From Candidatus Latescibacterota bacterium (lineage in GTDB: Bacteria; Latescibacterota; UBA2968; UBA8231), in assembly GCA_965243025.1 (NCBI GenBank), contig CBDETY010000003.1, forward strand, positions 2,880,001 through 2,944,000: DNA of 64,000 nucleotides. Reading direction: 5' to 3'. Shown here piece after piece: positions 59,102 to 64,000 of the stretch (position 1 is its first letter; each line of letters begins with the position of its first letter). Below the pieces are notes generated by a model. That model saw only the letters and a list, made by a program, of their open reading frames with translations, ran no database searches and was not told the origin of the DNA. Both the position numbers and the translations under genes were made by a program.

Positions 59102-60541
59102 TCATCCCGCAATGGTCCTCAGGCTCGTGCCGTTGAATACCGCCCTTCCTCCTTCCGAGACGAACAGCCCGGCTGAACCCTCTTTCAAATCGTACACCCG
59201 CCCGCTCAACACGACGTCGTCGTTCACGCATACACAGATGACCGTGTCGGAAACAACGACCCGAATCACCGCGCGATCACCGGAAAGTCGCAATGGCCGC
59301 TCCATCCACGGGTAGTCCCAGCCCCGCCGCCAGCGGTCGAAGGTGAGCAAGCCCGAACCCGGCTGGATGCAAACCAGATAGGTGTCATCCAAATCCTTTT
59401 TTGCTCGCACCAGCACGCCTATCGCCTTGGTGCCTGCAATCCACTCGGCGGTGGTCTCAAGTATGCAGGTTCCCGGCGCCGTTCCCAGCAACAGAGCGCT
59501 GAAACCATCCCGCGCCTCTGCTGCAATCCGACCTTCCGCGACGTTCCAATTACCCGTCGAGGGCGCCGGGGCAAGCGGCACCGCGGTAGAGAACGCGTCC
59601 TGGATTTCCGCAGGAATCCGGGCGGCAAGCGTTCCGTCAGAACGCTGAACCAGTTCGTGCGCCATCAGACAGCCGCCGTGAAGGTATCTGCCGTCGTCAC
59701 TGTCCTCCTCTTTCCCGCTCGTCCAGCCGAATAGGATCCGGCGCGCCCCGTCGGTCGCGGTCTTTGCCGCGTAGAATGCCCTGCCGTCGAAACAGTCATC
59801 GGCAGGGGCGATCCACGGCCCACGCGGGTCCCGCGCCATGCGGTAGCGGGTGATCCAGACATCGTGATATTGTGAGAAGATGAGGTACCACCACTCGCCG
59901 ATGCGGAACAGGTCGGGACACTCGGTCGTGTCGAACAGCCCAGGTGACCAGATGGGGTCCTGCGTCCGCCATTCGACGAGATCCCGCGAAGTTAAAAGCG
60001 CCGTACATCCCAGGCGTCCGTGGGGGTCAGGATGGAGAATGCTGCTTCCATCCCGGGGAACCTCGTCGGTGGTGTCTTTCTTCACCTGGGCGGCGAGCAC
60101 CATCCAGTACTCCCCCGCCTCGTCGTTCCAGATTACGCAGGGGTCCCGCCAGGCGACCGCGCCGTACCTGGAAAGGTCGGGAGGCAATCGCCAATCTGGA
60201 TCTTTGGTCCAGGAGATCAGGTCGGGGCTCGTAGCGTGCAGTTGAACCCAGTCGAACCTGCCTGGGATATCGCGCCAGTTCGCGTTGTGGCCGGTGTAGA
60301 AGGCGTGAAAGGTTCCACCCTTTTCGATGACGCAGCCGGTTGCCACGGCGTGATCCTGGCTGCCCTCCCCTCCCGAGGGTATGGCGGTACCGTGATCCGC
60401 AAAGTCGACGAGGTTCGTCGTGCTCAGGTGGCGCCAGGAGCAGGGTCTGCCTTCGAGGTAGAACAAGTTCCACGCACCGTTGGCGTACAGCGGTATGAAG
60501 TCCCCGCTCTTTCCCTCTTCTGGCTCCGGGTAGATTCTCAT
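59102..60541 (-). CDS. Glycoside hydrolase family 32-like protein
   Basis: GDFIP..WNLFYL, ATGCV, FYTG, WRDP, TECPDLF, FYAAKT, C-terminal beta-sandwich. Confidence 0.85.
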   Translation of the reverse strand: MRIYPEPEEGKSGDFIPLYANGAWNLFYLEGRPCSWRHLSTTNLVDFADHGTAIPSGGEGSQDHAVATGCVIEKGGTFHAFYTGHNANWRDIPGRFDWVQLHATSPDLISWTKDPDWRLPPDLSRYGAVAWRDPCVIWNDEAGEYWMVLAAQVKKDTTDEVPRDGSSILHPDPHGRLGCTALLTSRDLVEWRTQDPIWSPGLFDTTECPDLFRIGEWWYLIFSQYHDVWITRYRMARDPRGPWIAPADDCFDGRAFYAAKTATDGARRILFGWTSGKEEDSDDGRYLHGGCLMAHELVQRSDGTLAARIPAEIQDAFSTAVPLAPAPSTGNWNVAEGRIAAEARDGFSALLLGTAPGTCILETTAEWIAGTKAIGVLVRAKKDLDDTYLVCIQPGSGLLTFDRWRRGWDYPWMERPLRLSGDRAVIRVVVSDTVICVCVNDDVVLSGRVYDLKEGSAGLFVSEGGRAVFNGTSLRTIAG

Positions 60542-60556
60542 GGGCCGGCCTCGCTG

Positions 60557-62488
60557 CTACATGATTGTCAGAATACGGCCGTACTCCGTCGTCTGGGAGT
60601 AGATGACCGCCCACACGCCCCCCACGACGACCTCTCCCAGAATCAATCCCAGGAAGAACGGTTTCAGCAGCCGAAACAGCTTGCTTCCGCCAACGTGAAG
60701 GATAATCGCCTTCAGCAGCCAGGAGACCAGGGCGGAGAACCAGATCGACTGCACCAGCCACCCCACGGAGATCGCCAGGCCGATGGGGTGCAGCGGCCAC
60801 CAGTGCCACCGGTGTTGCGCCCACATCAGGAACCACTCGACCGCTCCACCGATCCCTTTGAAGAGCCATCCCCTCATGTTTGCCTCTGGCTGAGTCTCGA
60901 TCGTCGTCCCTATGTGGGGCCACCCGTGAGCCCCTGCCCAATGCAGCGAACCCAGGTTTATGGCCCCATGGCTGTAGGCCATGTTGAGTGTCGTCAGCAG
61001 CGATGCTGCGAGACTGGCGACGAGGGCGATCATCAAGCCCCAGAACAGACGCCTTTTGCTCCCCCGGATGCCTTCGGCCAGCTTGAGCCCGTTGGAGGCG
61101 GCCACCATTGGGGAAGTGCGCGACTCTCCCTGCCAGATGAAGGTGAAGATCAACGCCACTAGCCCCTTGGCTCCCAGCATCGACGTCCCGAACCCGGATA
61201 TGATGAAATAGGCCGGCACGATCGGGCTTCGCGCCGTCGGCACCCCGGCAGCGGCCACGACCCGGGCGACGAGAGCGAAGAACAGGAGGCTGACGATGAC
61301 GATTATGGGGACGAAAACCGCCGGTATGCCCGAGCGCCACAGCCATACGCAAACGATGACGAAGCTGGCGAGAAAGCCCAGAACAGCGGTGCGGTAGCGC
61401 AACAGTTCCTCGCTGTCGTCAACCACCCTCGACGGATTCCACGCCGTCTTCAGCACGTCCCCGATGTGAGCGCGGGCGATCCACAGTCCGAACAGGACGA
61501 AGACGATGACGGCGCCTGTCTGCTGATGGGTCAGGTCCGGGGCAATCGTCGGGGATGACTCATAGGTGCTCATGCGTTCGGTGCTGCCGATGCCAAGCAT
61601 GTTGAAGGTGCCCTCCTCCACCCGGCACAGCACATAGAAGAACCAGACGCTGAAGGTCAGATCCAGGCTGGCGAGGTAGAAGAAGCCGATGTAGGCGAAG
61701 TTCACCACCATGTTCAGCGTAACGGTGTTGCGAAAAAGATCGATACTCCCGCGCAGGCTCGGATCCGGAAGGAAGGGGAAGAAGAAGTTGAGCCCCTTCA
61801 TGCTCAGGAACAGGAAGGGCACGGCGAATCCCAGCCACATGATCTTGTTCCTGAACAGCGGCGCGATCCGCGACCTCGTGGTCGGGTCGCCCTCGAGCAT
61901 GGCCTGCGGCAGCTGCATCATCGGATAGGCCAGCCGCTCGTGCACCGACCACTGCCGGTGGAGGATGGAGCTCATGCAGATGAGCATGAAGCCCATGGCA
62001 ACGATGAGGCCGAGCCAGTACCCCATCGGCTCGACCCACGTCTCCCAGGGAATCGAGGCGCCCTTCGGCAGGCCCTCGTAGTACTCCTTGACGGCCTGGT
62101 GGTCCTGCGGCACCATCCACGAGGGAATGTGATCGTGGAGCTGCTCGGCGAATCGGTTTTCGGGAGTGGCGTAGTAGAACGGATAGACGGTCGTGCCGAT
62201 CAGAAAGAACATCAGGCCCCACGTCGGGACGGTGACCGACATGAGAAGCATGCAGTAGATGAGCACCAGGTCGGGCTTCGACAGCTGGAAGCGGTGGCCG
62301 ATGTAACCGACGACGATGTTGACGAGGAGGAGACAGGAAAAAAACAGGATGGCTCCCGGCGACGAGGGGTTGAACCCGATCGCGTGATACCGGAACAGGG
62401 TGACGAAGGGGGCGGCGACGCCGATGGCCAGGCAGAGCGCCGTGCCGATAGTGAGCCCTTTCAAGCTGAAGGAGGAGTCTCTCACCAT
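60557..62488 (-). CDS. Polytopic membrane protein, DUF6785/DUF6784-like (putative transporter)
   Basis: Shares FSLKGL, IGFNPSSP, VPTWG, ATPENRF, WQGE.R.SPM, WAQHRW.WWPLHPIG with 26134-28062. Confidence 0.8.
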   Translation of the reverse strand: MVRDSSFSLKGLTIGTALCLAIGVAAPFVTLFRYHAIGFNPSSPGAILFFSCLLLVNIVVGYIGHRFQLSKPDLVLIYCMLLMSVTVPTWGLMFFLIGTTVYPFYYATPENRFAEQLHDHIPSWMVPQDHQAVKEYYEGLPKGASIPWETWVEPMGYWLGLIVAMGFMLICMSSILHRQWSVHERLAYPMMQLPQAMLEGDPTTRSRIAPLFRNKIMWLGFAVPFLFLSMKGLNFFFPFLPDPSLRGSIDLFRNTVTLNMVVNFAYIGFFYLASLDLTFSVWFFYVLCRVEEGTFNMLGIGSTERMSTYESSPTIAPDLTHQQTGAVIVFVLFGLWIARAHIGDVLKTAWNPSRVVDDSEELLRYRTAVLGFLASFVIVCVWLWRSGIPAVFVPIIVIVSLLFFALVARVVAAAGVPTARSPIVPAYFIISGFGTSMLGAKGLVALIFTFIWQGESRTSPMVAASNGLKLAEGIRGSKRRLFWGLMIALVASLAASLLTTLNMAYSHGAINLGSLHWAGAHGWPHIGTTIETQPEANMRGWLFKGIGGAVEWFLMWAQHRWHWWPLHPIGLAISVGWLVQSIWFSALVSWLLKAIILHVGGSKLFRLLKPFFLGLILGEVVVGGVWAVIYSQTTEYGRILTIM

Positions 62489-62763
62489 CCTGGCATCTCC
62501 TCACACGACCAAACCTGCCACTCGTAACACCTCGTCGAGGATGGATCCATCCTCAGCCTGTCCGCGATGGAGCGCGGCCAGTGTCCGCGATGTCGAATTT
62601 CCGGAAATCAACCCAAGTTCCTCCAAGGCGTCGCCGTCTCCCATGGGGACCGGAACCTTGGAGTTCGCCACGTCCAGTGCACCATGGTCTTTCCGGGACG
62701 AAGCGGAGATACTGCTGTGTTGTCAGGAAGGTGCGCCCGTGGGAACGGACCGTTTGACGTTCG

Positions 62764-64000
62764 TCAATACGCCAGGGAGACAACGCGACTGGCAGTGAAG
62801 GTGTCGTCGTCGGTTTCCACGTCCAATCGCAGCAGATAAATGCCGGGGGGCAGCAGTCTCTGGTGGTCGTCCATTCCGTCCCAGGTTACTGAATGGGGTC
62901 CGCTGGCGCGGTCTTCCAGGAGCAGTTCGGCGCGACGCGTTCCCGCCAGATCGAACACCTTCAATCTCACCGGCACGGCCGTCGACAGGTTCACCAGGTC
63001 GAAGCGGACGTCGAGGCGGTCGTTGACGCCGTCGCCGTTTGGGGTGAACCCCGCCGCGGAGACTTCGATCGCCTCCAGTACTTCCTGACCAACGTCGGTC
63101 AGCTCGACGGTGAGGGAGTTGTTGTCGGAAAGGAAAGCGGCGTCGCCGGGCTCCAGGGCCTGAGCCACTTCCCAGGGCCGGGTGCTGTCGTATACCTGGC
63201 CATCGAACATCGTGCCGAAGTCGAAGATGGCTGCGTGGAAGACAATTTCCACGAGTTCCCCGGTCTGGCGGTCATCCATTCGCGGCAGACTCACCTCAAA
63301 ACGGCTGGAGTCGATGGTTGTCTGCCACTGCGACGGCTCGAGTGAGACGCCGGCGACGGAGACCGACTCGACCCTGTCGATGCGCGAAGGCGTGGCAACC
63401 CGAATGCGGTCGAAACCCAGATCCCCCACACTGATTTCCGGCCGCAGGAACAGGGTGAAACGAGTCGCCTTCCTGGCCTGCACCCGTGGCGGCTCGATCT
63501 CGGCTGTGGCGCGAGTCAACACCGGAGGTTGGGTGACCGGGAACTGGAGGTGATCGAGGCGGCCTCCGGAAAGGAATTCGGCTCTGAACTGCACGTACCG
63601 GCGAGGCCGGGAGGTACCGAGGTCAGCCGTCTGAGCGCTGAATCCCAGCGGCGAGCTCCAAGCTGACCAGTTGTCGAGATCCGGGGCGATTCCCCCCTGC
63701 TCACCGGACTCCAGCTTGAGGTACGAAGCGCGGTCAAGGGGGGTTCCCTCGCTGTTGTAACGGCTCCGCTCGGACCCCCTGAACGTTTTGCGATAGTAGA
63801 TGTTGGGATCGGGAGTGTCGCCGCTGCGCATCCTCAGATCAACACGGGCGCCCCGGTGGAGCCTCCCCGACCAGGTGAGCGGGCCGAGGGTAGCGGGTTC
63901 CTCCAGATCGATCACAGTCGAGGCGTAGTTTGAACTCACGGCGAAGCCTCCGCCATACACCTCGAACTCCGCGATCCACCAGTTCCCGATCTCTGCGATG
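62764..64000 (-). CDS. Protein with a C-terminal FlgD-Ig-like domain (5' part outside the window)
   Basis: FTPNGDGVND, VFDLAG..R, VTWDG.D....LPPGIYL.RL; upstream IAEFEVYGGGF, RSGDTPDP, PRRYVQFR. Confidence 0.82.
   Translation of the reverse strand, partial: IAEIGNWWIAEFEVYGGGFAVSSNYASTVIDLEEPATLGPLTWSGRLHRGARVDLRMRSGDTPDPNIYYRKTFRGSERSRYNSEGTPLDRASYLKLESGEQGGIAPDLDNWSAWSSPLGFSAQTADLGTSRPRRYVQFRAEFLSGGRLDHLQFPVTQPPVLTRATAEIEPPRVQARKATRFTLFLRPEISVGDLGFDRIRVATPSRIDRVESVSVAGVSLEPSQWQTTIDSSRFEVSLPRMDDRQTGELVEIVFHAAIFDFGTMFDGQVYDSTRPWEVAQALEPGDAAFLSDNNSLTVELTDVGQEVLEAIEVSAAGFTPNGDGVNDRLDVRFDLVNLSTAVPVRLKVFDLAGTRRAELLLEDRASGPHSVTWDGMDDHQRLLPPGIYLLRLDVETDDDTFTASRVVSLAY

Noticed and set aside
62490-62760. 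Possible small ORF between the FlgD-Ig gene and the transporter
   Set aside because: No convincing start, RBS or recognisable motif.
1-64000. selA/selB/selD or tRNA-Sec supporting the selenoprotein call
   Set aside because: None seen in this window; these genes are often unlinked, so the question stays open.

Overview
GC-rich bacterial chromosomal window with about 45 CDS and no rRNA, tRNA, CRISPR array or recognisable transposase. The gene content (Gfo/Idh/MocA oxidoreductases, PhyH dioxygenases, sulfatase, DUF6785-like membrane proteins, a FlgD-Ig-tailed protein, many TPR and CRTAC1/ASPIC-UnbV proteins) suggests an uncultured heterotroph of the Latescibacterota/Gemmatimonadota/Poribacteria type; this is an inference. 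The left half (1-28 kb) is mostly catabolic enzymes and carries a decayed vapBC locus, two apparent tandem small RNAs and a lower-GC three-gene cassette (DUF3696-type ABC ATPase, PIN protein, RNA ligase) that looks like a conflict/defence system. The 28-55 kb region is an envelope cluster of CRTAC1/ASPIC-UnbV, TPR, GT39-TPR, SGNH, heptaheme cytochrome c, parvulin and MFS-spermidine-synthase genes. The strongest signal is an in-frame TGA at 32989-32991 inside a CRTAC1/ASPIC protein. It is followed by an fdhF-type SECIS-like hairpin, which predicts a roughly 1,026-aa selenoprotein ending in a thioredoxin-like CxxC domain. All family calls come from motif recognition by eye, not database searches.
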